From: an uncultured Acidobacteriaceae bacterium
Lineage (GTDB): Bacteria > Acidobacteriota > Terriglobia > Terriglobales > Acidobacteriaceae
Length of the DNA stretch: 64,000 bases
NCBI GenBank assembly: GCA_963798275.1
Contig: CAWCTB010000053.1
Coordinates: 35,924 to 99,923, forward strand
Direction: 5' to 3'
Shown: positions 49,831 through 59,791 of the stretch, piece by piece
How the letters are laid out: each line of letters starts with the position of its first letter
How positions within the stretch are numbered: the first letter of the stretch is position 1
Notes under the pieces: model-generated
Told to the model about the DNA's origin: nothing
What the model saw: the letters and a program-made list of their open reading frames with translations, nothing else
Databases searched by the model: none
Translations under genes and position numbers: made by a program

Positions 49831-50286
49831 GAGGCCAACTTGACTCGATACCGCCAACCATCGCTCTTTCTATCTACGATCCGTCACCCCGATACCCACA
49901 CCAAAGTACATGTACTTTCGTAACTTGACAGCCCCCCACACCGGCGTATCCTCAACCTGTATCTGGAGGATGCGATGCCCCCTTTGGCGCCGCGCCCTCC
50001 ATTTGTGTTTTAGGGAACAATATGCCTATGCCCTTGCGGCTCAATATTTTACCTGTAACTCCCACGCACTCAAGATTTTGCCGGCCATTCCCAAATCGGA
50101 ACCATTGTTTTCAATATTTTGCAAGCCGGTGGGGGGAGGGGGTTCGCACCAACCCTGGAGAAATATCACGAATTGGGTGTGCCCCATTCTACCGGCCCTC
50201 CTCTGGCCGGTAGGGTGGGGCTTTGGACTTTACTCAGATCTGGAATTGACATTAGGAACTGGAGACTCGTCGAAGAACTGTTTTTA

Positions 50287-50356
50287 GCTGATGGCTGATA
50301 GCTGATAGCTGATAGCTGAACTCGAAACCCGAAACTCGAAACTCGAAACTTGAAAC
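50287..50356 (+). repeat. Two abutting heptanucleotide tandem arrays: (GCTGATR)x5 then (YCGAAAC)x5
   Basis: GCTGATG GCTGATA GCTGATA GCTGATA GCTGAAC | TCGAAAC CCGAAAC TCGAAAC TCGAAAC TTGAAAC, ending 14 nt before the ATG at 50370. Confidence 0.9.
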
Positions 50357-50369
50357 TGGAGCCTTACTC

Positions 50370-51142
50370 ATGCGTCACTGTGAACACGTCAAAAGCAACG
50401 GACACTTCTGCGGTTCGCCCGCCCTGCGCGGACGCAACTATTGTTTCTTTCACCTCACCCACATCGGACGCCAAATGCGCGCCGAACAACTCGCCGCCAA
50501 TCCCAACCAAGACCCGCTGGCGTTACCTCTGCTCGAAGACGCCGCCTCCATTCAGTTGGCGCTCATGCAGGTCACCGACGCCCTGCTCCGCGGTACCCTC
50601 GACCCCAAGCGCGCCGGCCTCGTCCTCTACGCCCTGCAGACCGCCAGTTCCAACCTGCGCCACATGGCCAAAGAATCCGCCGACAACGCCAACGACCCCA
50701 TCGCAATCAGTACGATGCCTTCGAGCAGGACTACGAGCTCGACGACGACACCGCACTCCGCGCGCCCGAAACCCTGTCCGCCGAAACTCTGTCCAGCGAA
50801 ACTCTGTCCGGCGAAACTCCAACCACCGAGGTCACCGGCCTGCACTCCCAGACCGTTAGCCCGGGCGCTGAAAAAGCCGCAGCCATCCATGCCGAGGACC
50901 GACCGGTCGACGACCCGAGCCTTTCCATTCCCCTCATGCTCACGGCCAGGCAGTACCATCAAGCCAAGAACGCCGTCTTCGGATACGAAGCCCTGCACGA
51001 CATCACTCGCGAGAATCCCCAGGGCCGCGCTCTCACCCCGCAGCACCCCGCCCCCAGCCAGAAAATCTTCCTCGGTCCGCGCAAACCACCCGCCCCCGCC
51101 ACAGCACGGAAAGAGAAAAGGTCGGTTCAGCAACCGGTCTGA
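50370..51142 (+). pseudogene. Hypothetical protein with N-terminal Cys/His motif; one frame break (~50705) and an internal ETLS(A/S/G) repeat
   Basis: N-terminus MRHCEHVKSNGHFCGSPALRGRNYCFFH. After ...NANDPIAI the sensible continuation (QYDAFEQDYELDDD...ETLSAETLSSETLSGET...) lies in the frame of ORF 50441-51142. Confidence 0.5.
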
Positions 51143-51502
51143 TGGACCAGTCATGAAAGGGCACGGCTTCACAGGCCGCGGAAAGAATGGTCCTGCCACC
51201 GCCGAAGCGGATGCCTTCACGGGCCGCGGGAATCACGACCATCCGGTAGCGCCGGCCTTCGAGCTGCTCGACCAGCAGGAGTGAAAGTGCCAGCACCAAA
51301 GCTCGTTAATGATCTCGATGTTCATTATTATTCTGTTCTCCAATTTGCTTGCTGCGGCCCCCCAGCGGCTCAGTGTGCCGCAGTGAGCTACAGGGATGCG
51401 AGTTCAGACAACAATCCCATAATTGTATTCGATCCCTGGAATGGAAAACCCGCACATTACGCGTCGTCGCGCAAGCGGCCGACGCCGCCTTGTCATACGG
51501 CA

Positions 51503-52501
51503 TCACCCTGCTATACGAAGGGCCGCGGCTCCGTCGATCGAGTCGTTTTTTACCGCCAGCAGAGCTTCGTTGGCTTGATCGAGCGGGAAGGCGGTCACCT
51601 TCGGGCGGAGGCCGATGTCGCTGGCGATTTGCAGAAAATCGCGGGCGTCCTGGCGGGTCATGTTGGCGACACTACGAAGCTGGCGCTCGCCCCAGAGGAG
51701 CCGGTCATAGTCAAACGCAGGAATACGATCCAGGTGAATGGCATTGATGGCAACCACTCCCCCTTTGCGCAGACTAGCCAGAGCGGCCAGCACCACGTCG
51801 CCACTGGGGGCAAAGGTGACGGCGCGGTCGAGCGCGACGGGTGGCTTGTCGGTCTCACTGCCTACCCAGGCGGCTCCCAGGGACGCGGCCAATTCGCGAT
51901 GCTTGGCTCCCCGGGTGGAGACGTACACCTCGCAATTCCAGGCCTGGAGGACGGCGATGGCGAGATGGGCGGATGCGCCGAAACCGAATAGTCCCACACG
52001 GTCGCCGGGTTCAACGCCTGCCACCCGCAAGCTACGAAAACCGATGATGCCGGCGCAGAGCAAGGGCGCGGCGTGCAGATCGTCAAGGGCTGCGGGAAGG
52101 GGAAAAACGAAATCGGCGCGAGCCACGGCGTATTCCGCATAACCGCCGTCAACGGAATAGCCGGTGAAGGTGGGTGAATCGCAGAGGTTTTCCAGACCGC
52201 GTTGACAGTAGGGGCAAGAGCCGTCGATTCCGCCAATCCAGGAGACGCCCACGCGGGTTCCGACGGGGTGTTCCAGCGTGGCTCCGGCTACGACTTCGCC
52301 CACGATCTGATGGCCGGGGACCACGTTTTTGCGAAGCGGCGGAAGGTCTCCTTCGACGATATGCAGATCGGTGCGGCAAACGCCGCAGACCCGCACACGA
52401 AGGAGCACTTCGCCCGGCTTCGGCTCAGGATCGGGAACCTGGCCAATGCGCAGAGGGCGCTTCTGAATTTGCTGCGGCGAGGTCAAGACGGCAGCTTTCA
52501 T
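51503..52501 (-). CDS. Zinc-dependent alcohol dehydrogenase family protein
   Basis: MKAAVL......L.I..VPDPEP.PGEVLLRV..CGVCRTDLH...G......VPGHQIVGEVV and GxGxxG-like GLFGFGASAH. The ATG at 52501 is preferred over the listed upstream start. Confidence 0.9.
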   Translation of the reverse strand: MKAAVLTSPQQIQKRPLRIGQVPDPEPKPGEVLLRVRVCGVCRTDLHIVEGDLPPLRKNVVPGHQIVGEVVAGATLEHPVGTRVGVSWIGGIDGSCPYCQRGLENLCDSPTFTGYSVDGGYAEYAVARADFVFPLPAALDDLHAAPLLCAGIIGFRSLRVAGVEPGDRVGLFGFGASAHLAIAVLQAWNCEVYVSTRGAKHRELAASLGAAWVGSETDKPPVALDRAVTFAPSGDVVLAALASLRKGGVVAINAIHLDRIPAFDYDRLLWGERQLRSVANMTRQDARDFLQIASDIGLRPKVTAFPLDQANEALLAVKNDSIDGAAALRIAG

Positions 52502-52542
52502 CGGAGTCCCGGATTGATTCACAAAAAAAAATGCGTTTGCAG

Positions 52543-54521
52543 TTATGTGGATGAAAGGCACATTCGGTTGGTTGCACTGGTCATTCGCAGGCACCGGTTT
52601 TTTCCCGTACCGAGGACAGCGCGCGTGCGGGTTGCGGCTTCGCGACAGGCGATTTGCAGCAGTGGCCGCAACTTCTCCAGCGCCGCTTCCACGCTGATGC
52701 CGTACTTCTTGCGCAGATCGTCGGGCTTGCCGTGCTCGATGAACTGGTCGGGCCAGCCGATGCGCACCACCGGCGTGGTGAGCCCGAGGTTGCTCAGCTC
52801 TTCCAGCACCGCGCTGCCGAAGCCGCCCGCAGCACGTGATCTTCCAGCGTGAGGATCACATCGACGCTGCGCGCATAAAACTCCAGCATCTCGATGTCGA
52901 TCGGCTTGGCGAAGCGCGCATTGATCACCGCCGCGGAAATGCCCTCGGCTTCCAGCTTGCCGGCGATCTCCAGCGCCATCGGCACCATCGCGCCCAGAGC
53001 GAAGATCGCGACGCGATCTTGCTCGCCGTGCTGCAACACCTCGGCCTTGCCGATCGGGATGCGCCCTGGGTACATCTTTCACCGGCGTGCCGGGCCCGAC
53101 TGCCGCGCGGATAGCGCATCGCGATCGGCCCGTCGTGCTGCATCGCGGTGAACAGCATGTCGGCCAGCTCGTCTTCGTCCTTCGGCACCATGTGGACGAT
53201 GTTCGGGATGCCGCGCAGGTAGCTGATGTCGAACAGCCCGTGATGCGTCGGCCCGTCGTCGCCCGACAGGCCGCCGCGATCCATGCAGAAGACCACCGGC
53301 AGATTCTGCAGGCAGACGTCGTGCACGATGGGATCGAAGGCGCGCTGCAGGAAGGTCGAGTAGATCGCGCAGAACGGCTTGAAGCCCTTGGTCGCCATGC
53401 CCGCGGCGAAGAGCACCGCGTGCTCCTCGGCAATGCCCACATCGAAGTACTTGTCCGGATGATGCGGCCGGAAGCGGTCGAGCGCGGTGCCATTCGGCAT
53501 CGCCGCCGTAATCGCCACAACCTTGTCGTTCACGATTCGCCAGCTTGACCAGCGTGTCGGCAAAGACCTCGGAATAGGTGCGCTGGCCCAGCGGCTTGGT
53601 CTCGCCCGTCTCCGGATCGTACGGCCCCAGGCCGTGAAATTTCTTCTGCTTCTGCAGCGCCGGCTCGAAGCCCTTGCCCTTCTGCGTGAGCACGTGCAGC
53701 AGAACGGGACGTTCCTGCGTCTTCAGAAACTCGAACGTCTCAATCAGCGTGGCGATGTCGTGGCCATCGATCGGCCCGTAATACTTCAGGCCAAACTCCT
53801 CGAAGATCACGCTGGGCCACAGCATGCTCTTGGCAGCCTCTTCCGCCTTGCGCGCCATGCGCAGGGCCCGCTTGCCGCCCACGCTCTCAACGAATTTCCC
53901 GGCACGCTCGTGCAGGTAATCGTAGCTTGGGATTGGTGACGATCTTGTTCAGATAGCTGGCGATCGCGCCGACGTTCTTGTCGATCGACCACTCGTTGTC
54001 GTTCAGCACCACGATCAGGCGCTTGGTCTGGCTACGCGATGTTGTTCAGCGCCTCGTAGGTGATGCCGCAGGTGAACGCCGCGTCGCCGGCGACGCGCGA
54101 CCACGTGCTCCTTGCCGCCGGCCTTGTCGCGCGCCACCGCCATGCCCAGCGCCGCCGAAAGCGCCGTGCCGGCGTGCCCCGCGCCGTAGCAGTCGTGCTC
54201 GCTCTCGGTGCGCAGCATGAAGCCGTTCAGCCCGCCCGGCGTGCGGATGGTGTGAAACTGCTCCCGCCGTCCGGTCAGCAGCTTGTGCACGTACGCCTGG
54301 TGGCTGACGTCGAAGAGGAAGTGGTCCTCGGGGGTGTCGAAGACGTAGTGCATGGCGATGGTCAGTTCCACCACGCCGAGATTCGGGCCAAGGTGGCCGC
54401 CGGTCTTGGAGAGCACGGAAATCAGCTCTTCGCGAATCTCCGCGGCCAAGGCCTCGAGTTCCGCCAGGGAGAGTTGTTTTACGTCGGCGGGCGAGTCGAT
54501 GCGATCGAGTATTTGGGCCAT
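52543..54521 (-). pseudogene. dxs: 1-deoxy-D-xylulose-5-phosphate synthase, with about 7 frame breaks
   Basis: The N-terminus [81 protein letters not shown] and every downstream conserved block are present ([17 protein letters not shown]; [12 protein letters not shown]; GPIDGHDI; [10 protein letters not shown]; [11 protein letters not shown]; IPIGKAEVL; GGFGSAVLE). They are distributed over all three frames, switching at ~54098, ~54040, ~53925, ~53545, ~53105, ~53078 and ~52845. Confidence 0.9.
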
Positions 54522-54638
54522 AGAAAGAGGGACAAGGGCAAGTTACACCATTGCGCTGCCAGATGAAAACCCCGGTGCGGCGATTGGGTTGCGAAAGGCG
54601 TGCCTTGAACGCTGCGAGAAAAGGTCGAGAAGCGGGTG

Positions 54639-54791
54639 CCGCGCGGACTAAAGTCCGCGCGGGATGGGGAAAGTAAAGCTTAACGGCGCGGCTGAAGAAG
54701 TTGCTGAAAAAGTCCGTTCATCGTGCAACCGGGGCTAAAGCCCCTATGTATTTGCATCGGCTTAGACGCTGGCCTGAAGGCCAGCTCTACC
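54639..54791. repeat. REP-like hairpin cluster
   Basis: CCGCGCGGAC-TAAA-GTCCGCGCGG (54639-54662), GGGGC-TAAA-GCCCC (54731-54744) and GCTGGCC-TGAA-GGCCAGC (54768-54785). The 32-mer at 54760-54791 is identical to 59448-59479. Confidence 0.75.
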
Positions 54792-54854
54792 CTGGAACCT
54801 CTTTTTTCAGCAGCCTCTGAAGCCGCGCCCCTTCAAAACGTGGCGGCCGCGCCG

Positions 54855-55605
54855 CTACTGGCCCAGCTTCTGGTAGTCCGAGTTCGTCGTGGTCACCACC
54901 AGTTGCTTCGCAGTCGCATTCAGCACTGACTGCTGCACGTAGTTGGTCCCATCCGGCAGACTGGCGAAGTTCAGGGCCAGGGTGACCGTGTCCCCGGGCT
55001 TGTCCATGTAGGTGTTGACGTCCACGTGCGAAACCTTCTTGGCCGCAGGATCGAAGGTCACCGTCATCTGGTCTCCGGCCTGAGCGTAGTTCTTGAACAC
55101 CAGGTTGACTGCGCCGCTCGCCGGAGCGATCGAGGCGTTGCCCGCCTTGAACGCCGCCTGCATTTTTTGCGGATTCGGCGGAACGTACATGCCCAGCAAG
55201 GTCTTCACCTGCCCCATGTACTGTTGCATCTCTTCCGTCTTCTTTTCGACGACGTGTTCTTTCACTCGTCCCCGCCGGCCACTCTCCTGCTGTTGTTGCT
55301 GCGGTTGCCCGATGGGCGTCTTCACCACCTGGCCATTCGGACCGTACTGGCACTGGTTCTGTTTGGGCGGCTTCGGATCGCCCTTCAGGGTAAGCTGAGT
55401 CGTCTCGATCCACGAGTATTGATGCAGCCTCTGCTGGTTCGCCTGGATCGACTGCTTCAGCAGCGGCCAGCTTTTGCTGTAGCTCAGGGCTCTGCGCGAA
55501 CGCAGCCGCCGTGCTTAGCAGGGTCAGGGTTATTAGTGCGGCCATGGTCCACAGCGCGCCATTGCGTTTGATGCCACGTGCCATCTTCATTGCGTTCGTC
55601 GTCAT
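54855..55605 (-). pseudogene. Hypothetical secreted protein, last gene of the efflux operon; one frame break (~55460)
   Basis: The ATG at 55605 follows AAAGAGGAA. Signal peptide ...WTMAALITLTLLSTAAAFAQ. The remainder (KQSIQANQQRLHQYSWIETT... to ...NSDYQKLGQ) lies in the ORF 54855-55328 frame. Confidence 0.5.
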
Positions 55606-55646
55606 TGAATATTCCTCTTTTCGCTCGTTTGACTGACAGAATGACT

Positions 55647-58600
55647 TTACTCGGCGTGGGCGCTTTGCGCCATCGCCGTTCCTGCTTCTTGCACCGTCTG
55701 CGCCGGTTTGTCCCAGGTCAAAATCTTCAGATCCAGCACCATGATCGAGTACAGCACCGGCACCATCAGCAGCGTGATGAACGTCGCCACCGTCAGTCCG
55801 CCGATCTGCGCGTAACACAGCGGCTGCCACAGCGGCCCACCGTGCATGGCCAGCGGAAACAGCGCCAGCACTGTGGCGCCCACCGTGATCAGCACTGGCC
55901 GCAACCGTATAATACCTGCGTCGATCACCGCCTGCTCGAAGGGCTCTCCTTTGGCGTGCATCTCCTCGATAAAATCGAACAACACAATCACGTGGCTCAC
56001 GATCACCCCGACCAGGCTGGCAATGCCAAGGAACGCCATGAACCCAAACGAGGTGTTCATCACCCACAAACCCAGGATCGCTCCCATCACGCCATACGGC
56101 GCGGCCGCAAACACCAGAAAGGGCTTGATGGCGTTGTTGAACTGGAACAGCAGCGCCAGGTAGATCGCTGCTACCGAGATGGCCAGCACCACCGCGAGGT
56201 TCTTGAATCCGGTGGTCTGTTTATCGTACTCGCCGCCAATGCGCAGCACGTATCCCGGCGGCATCCTAGTTTGCAAATCGCGTAACTTGGGCAGCGCCAC
56301 GGTCAATATCTCTGACGCCAGCCGTCCCGGAGCCGGGAAGGCGAAGACCGAGATGGACCGGAAGTGGTCGATGCGAATGATGCGCTGGTTCTGCAGGCTG
56401 TTCTCCAGTTGCGAGATCTGTATCAGCGGAATCTTGGTCGAGGTCTGCGACGAATAGACGTACAGGTTTTGAATGTCCGACAATTGCGCCCGCTCATCCC
56501 CGCGCAAGCGCGCCACCACCGGGATGTTCTTGTCGCCCTCCTGCAGGGCTGTCACGGGGACGCCGCTCAACGCTCCCGTGGCCGAGTTGGCAACATCGTA
56601 GTTCGTGATCCCCGCCAGGTTGGCGCGGTCCGGGTCGATTTTCAGCGTCACCTGCGAGCTCTCGCTCTGCCATTCGTTGCGCACCCGCCGGGCCGCATCC
56701 GATGAGTTCAAAATGTCCTCGACCTGCCGGGCAATCGCGCGCAGCGTGCGAATGTCCTGGGCGCTCGCGGCCGTGCTGACGTCAGCCTGGTTGGCGATCC
56801 GTATCTCGACCGGGTAGTTCACCGGATTGGTCTGCAACTGCCGGAAGTCGGCGCGTACCCCGGGCAGGGAAGCGGTGATGATGGGCTGCACCTGGTTCGA
56901 CAAAGTCCGGCGTAATCTCCTTATCGTTCAGTTCCACCAGCACCTGCGCATAGTTCAACTGCCGCGCCTGCGGCGACAGCGAAAACCAGAAGCGCGGGCT
57001 TCCGCCTCCCACCCACGTGGTGACGTAGCGCAGGATCTCGCTGGGCTTGCCGTCCTTGCCCGGATGCTTCTTGCCCCACTCCTCCGCCTGCTGACGGATG
57101 ATGTTTTCCACCTGCGTGGCCGCCTTGCTGGGTGGCCTCCAGGTTCACATCGTTGGGCAGCCAGACATCGATGTACGACCAGTACTGCACGTCGTCGGGG
57201 AAGAACGACGACTTGAGCTGCTTGAACAGCACGCCGCCCAGCAACAGGAATCCCAGCGACGCGACCGCGACCTTCCAGCGATGTTCGATGGCAAACTTGG
57301 CGACGCGCGCGTAGCCCCCGGTGAATCCCTGGGTCCGCCGCTCCTCGATCGGCTTCTCCGGCTTTTTGTCCGGCCGCAGGATGTAATATCCCAGCAGCGG
57401 AATGAACGTCATCGATGCCAGCCGCGAGGCCACCAGGGCGCACGTCATCACCACCGGCAGGCTGTAGATGAACTCTCCGGTGGTGCCGGTCACCAGCAGG
57501 AACGGCAGGTAGGCCACCACGTTGGTCACGGTCGCGTACATGATGGCGGTGGCCAGCTTGGTCGGTCCCAGCCAGGGCGCAACCTCCCGCGACTCGCCCT
57601 CAGCCAGCCCGCGCTTGATGGCATCGCCCGCCACCACGGGATCGTCCACCAGCAGCCCCAGCGCGATAATCAGCGACGCCACCGATACTTGCTGAATATC
57701 GATACCCAGCAGGTAAATCATGCCGAAGGTCAGCGACAGCGTGATGGGGATGGAAATCGCCATCAGCAGCGCCGAGCGCCACTCCCAGAATCCGATCAGC
57801 GAAACCAGCACCACCAGCCCGATGGCCTCGTACAGCGCGTCCATGAAGAGGTCGATGTTCTCTTTCACCTGCACCGGCTGGTCCGAGGTGTGCACCATCA
57901 CCAGGTCTTCCGGCAGGTACTGCTTCACCGACCGTCAGGGCTTCATCCACGTGCTGCCCGAACAGGTTGATCTGCTGGCCGTCGCGCATGTTCACGCCGA
58001 GGGTGATGGCGCGGCTGCGTATCCACTTGCCGTCGGGGCCCTGCCAGGTCAGGAAGTTGAGGAACTGCGGCGGGCTCTGGTAGCTGCGCGAAATGTCCAC
58101 CAGGTCGCGCAGGTACACCGGGCTGTTCGAACTCGAGACGCCGATGATCACGTTGCCAATCGCCTGCGCGTCGGGAAACAGCCCCGAGGGGTTAATGTCG
58201 ATGTCCTTCGAGCCCACCTCGAGCGAGCCGGCGGGCAGGGTGATATTCTGCGCTCCCAGCACGTCCTTGAGTTTCGAAGGATCGTAACCGTACTGCGCCA
58301 GGCGCTGCTGCGAATAGTCCAGATAGATCTGCTGCGGCAGCACTCCGGAGCGGGATACCTGCGACACCTCGGGCGCGCCTTGCAGGGTGCGCTGGATCAG
58401 GTCGGTGTAGTCGTCGAGTTCGCTGTAGGAATACTTCGCGCCGGCAACCTCCTGCATGCGTGCCTCGGTGTCCGCCGGATCACGCACGAACATCGCCACC
58501 CAGGCATCGGGATGCAGCTCGGAGCGATGCACCCGCTCGTTAATCAGTTGATTGCCGAGAGTCCGCAACGCTGTGTCATCCAGGCTGGTACTGACATCGA

Positions 58601-59342
58601 CCCCCACAAAGCCCGGCGCCTGGAAGAAGTGCAGGTCGCGCAGGGCGCCCTTCTGCGCGCCCAACTCGATCACCTCCTGGAACGTCTGCCGCACCAGGGT
58701 TGGCGAAACCGACATGGGGAACGACGAGATGATGCTCACCCTCGGCTGTGGAGCGTTGCGCCCTTCTTCCGCCCGGGTTCGCTCGATCAGATCGCGTACG
58801 GCCCGGGCGCGCAGCGAAATCTCGGTGGCCGAAGCCAGCGGGCTTGCCACGGTCAGCATCAGCGCCGCCGTGTCCCCGAAGTCGCTGTTGAACTGGATCG
58901 GTCCCGCGCCGCGCGGCAAATTCGCGTTCAGCTGGTTGAGCTTCAGGTTAATGTCCGAGAACTGGCGCGTCTTGTCGTTCACATTGTCGGAAAGCTGGAC
59001 GTACACCATCGCCATCCCGGGAAAGCTGATGGAACGGATTCCGAAGTCCGACGGACTCGGCTGCTTGATCGTGCTGTTGAGCGCGATGGTCTGCTCGATG
59101 GGGCGCGTGACCAGCTCTTCCACCTGTTCCGCTGTCGCTCCCGGCCATTGGCACTGTGCCGCCGCCACCCGCACCGGAATGTTCGGGTCCTTGCGCTTCG
59201 GCATGTGCTGGTAGCCATACCAGCCCCACACGAAGGTCGCCAGCAGCAACACCAGCGCCACCTGGCGATGCTCGGTGAAGAAGCGCGCAACGTTGTGCGT
59301 CTCCGCAATGTACTGCGCGTCGGTTTTGTGGACGTGGGCCAT
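55647..59342 (-). pseudogene. RND efflux transporter permease (AcrB/HAE-like); about 3 frame breaks (~57935, ~57125, ~56905)
   Basis: Four collinear ORF pieces (57600-59342, 56921-57928, 56782-57111, 55647-56903) together give a ~1220-aa AcrB-like protein. Motifs include LLVDDPVVAGDAI and the C-terminal 6-TM bundle. Confidence 0.9.
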
Positions 59343-59394
59343 CGCTTTGGTTTAAACGCTCTTTGCGGTTCGCCCTTCGCTTGGCGCTAGACTT

Positions 59395-59530
59395 GTCACA
59401 TGCAATTTCCTCGGGGCTGAAGCCCCTCGGAAAGAGAAAAATAAAGAGCTTAGACGCTGGCCTGAAGGCCAGCTCTACCAGAAGCTCGAGTTTTTCCGCG
59501 GCCTGTTAAGCCGTGCCCTTTCAAAGATCG
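59395..59530. repeat. REP-like hairpin cluster between the mfp and rnd genes
   Basis: CCTCGGGGC-TGAA-GCCCCTCGG (59409-59430), GCTGGCC-TGAA-GGCCAGC (59456-59473), and the reverse-oriented GAAAGGGCACGGCTTAACAGGCCGC module (59497-59526). Confidence 0.75.
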
Positions 59531-59585
59531 ATTCTTGAAACCAGTTCTGACAACTAACAAATGGCGCCTATTCAGCGACCTCTAA

Positions 59586-59705
59586 GGAAGGTCTGATTAA
59601 GTCAATGGACGGTCCCTCCGCGGCTAAAGCCGCGTTCATTTTGCGGCCCTTACGGACGGCCTGAAGGCCGTCCCCTTCAAAAGATTGGGCTTAATCAGAG
59701 ATTCC
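59586..59705. repeat. MITE-like element, copy A (120 bp) with 18-nt inverted ends
   Basis: The left end GGAAGGTCTGATTAAGTC and the reverse complement of the right end, GGAATCTCTGATTAAGCC, match at 15 of 18 positions. Internal hairpins are GCGGC-TAAA-GCCGC (59620-59633) and GGACGGCC-TGAA-GGCCGTCC (59654-59673). Confidence 0.7.
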
Positions 59706-59732
59706 CAACAAATGGCGACTACCCAGTGACCT

Positions 59733-59791
59733 CTATCCACCACCGACTAACCGCTAACTACTAACTACTAACCACTAACCACTTGCTCTCA
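59733..59791 (-). repeat. Heptanucleotide tract (TAGTRGT-like) x6-7 starting right after the mfp stop codon
   Basis: The minus strand reads TGA-GAGCAAG-TGGT-TAGTGGT-TAGTAGT-TAGTAGT-TAGCGGT-TAGTCGG-TGGTGGA-TAG. Confidence 0.8.

Noticed and set aside
50287-50356. Possible CRISPR array
   Set aside because: The units are 7 nt and directly tandem with no spacers. No 24-40-nt repeat/spacer periodicity and no cas genes occur anywhere in the window; the Cas4-like nuclease sits in a phage-type recombination context.
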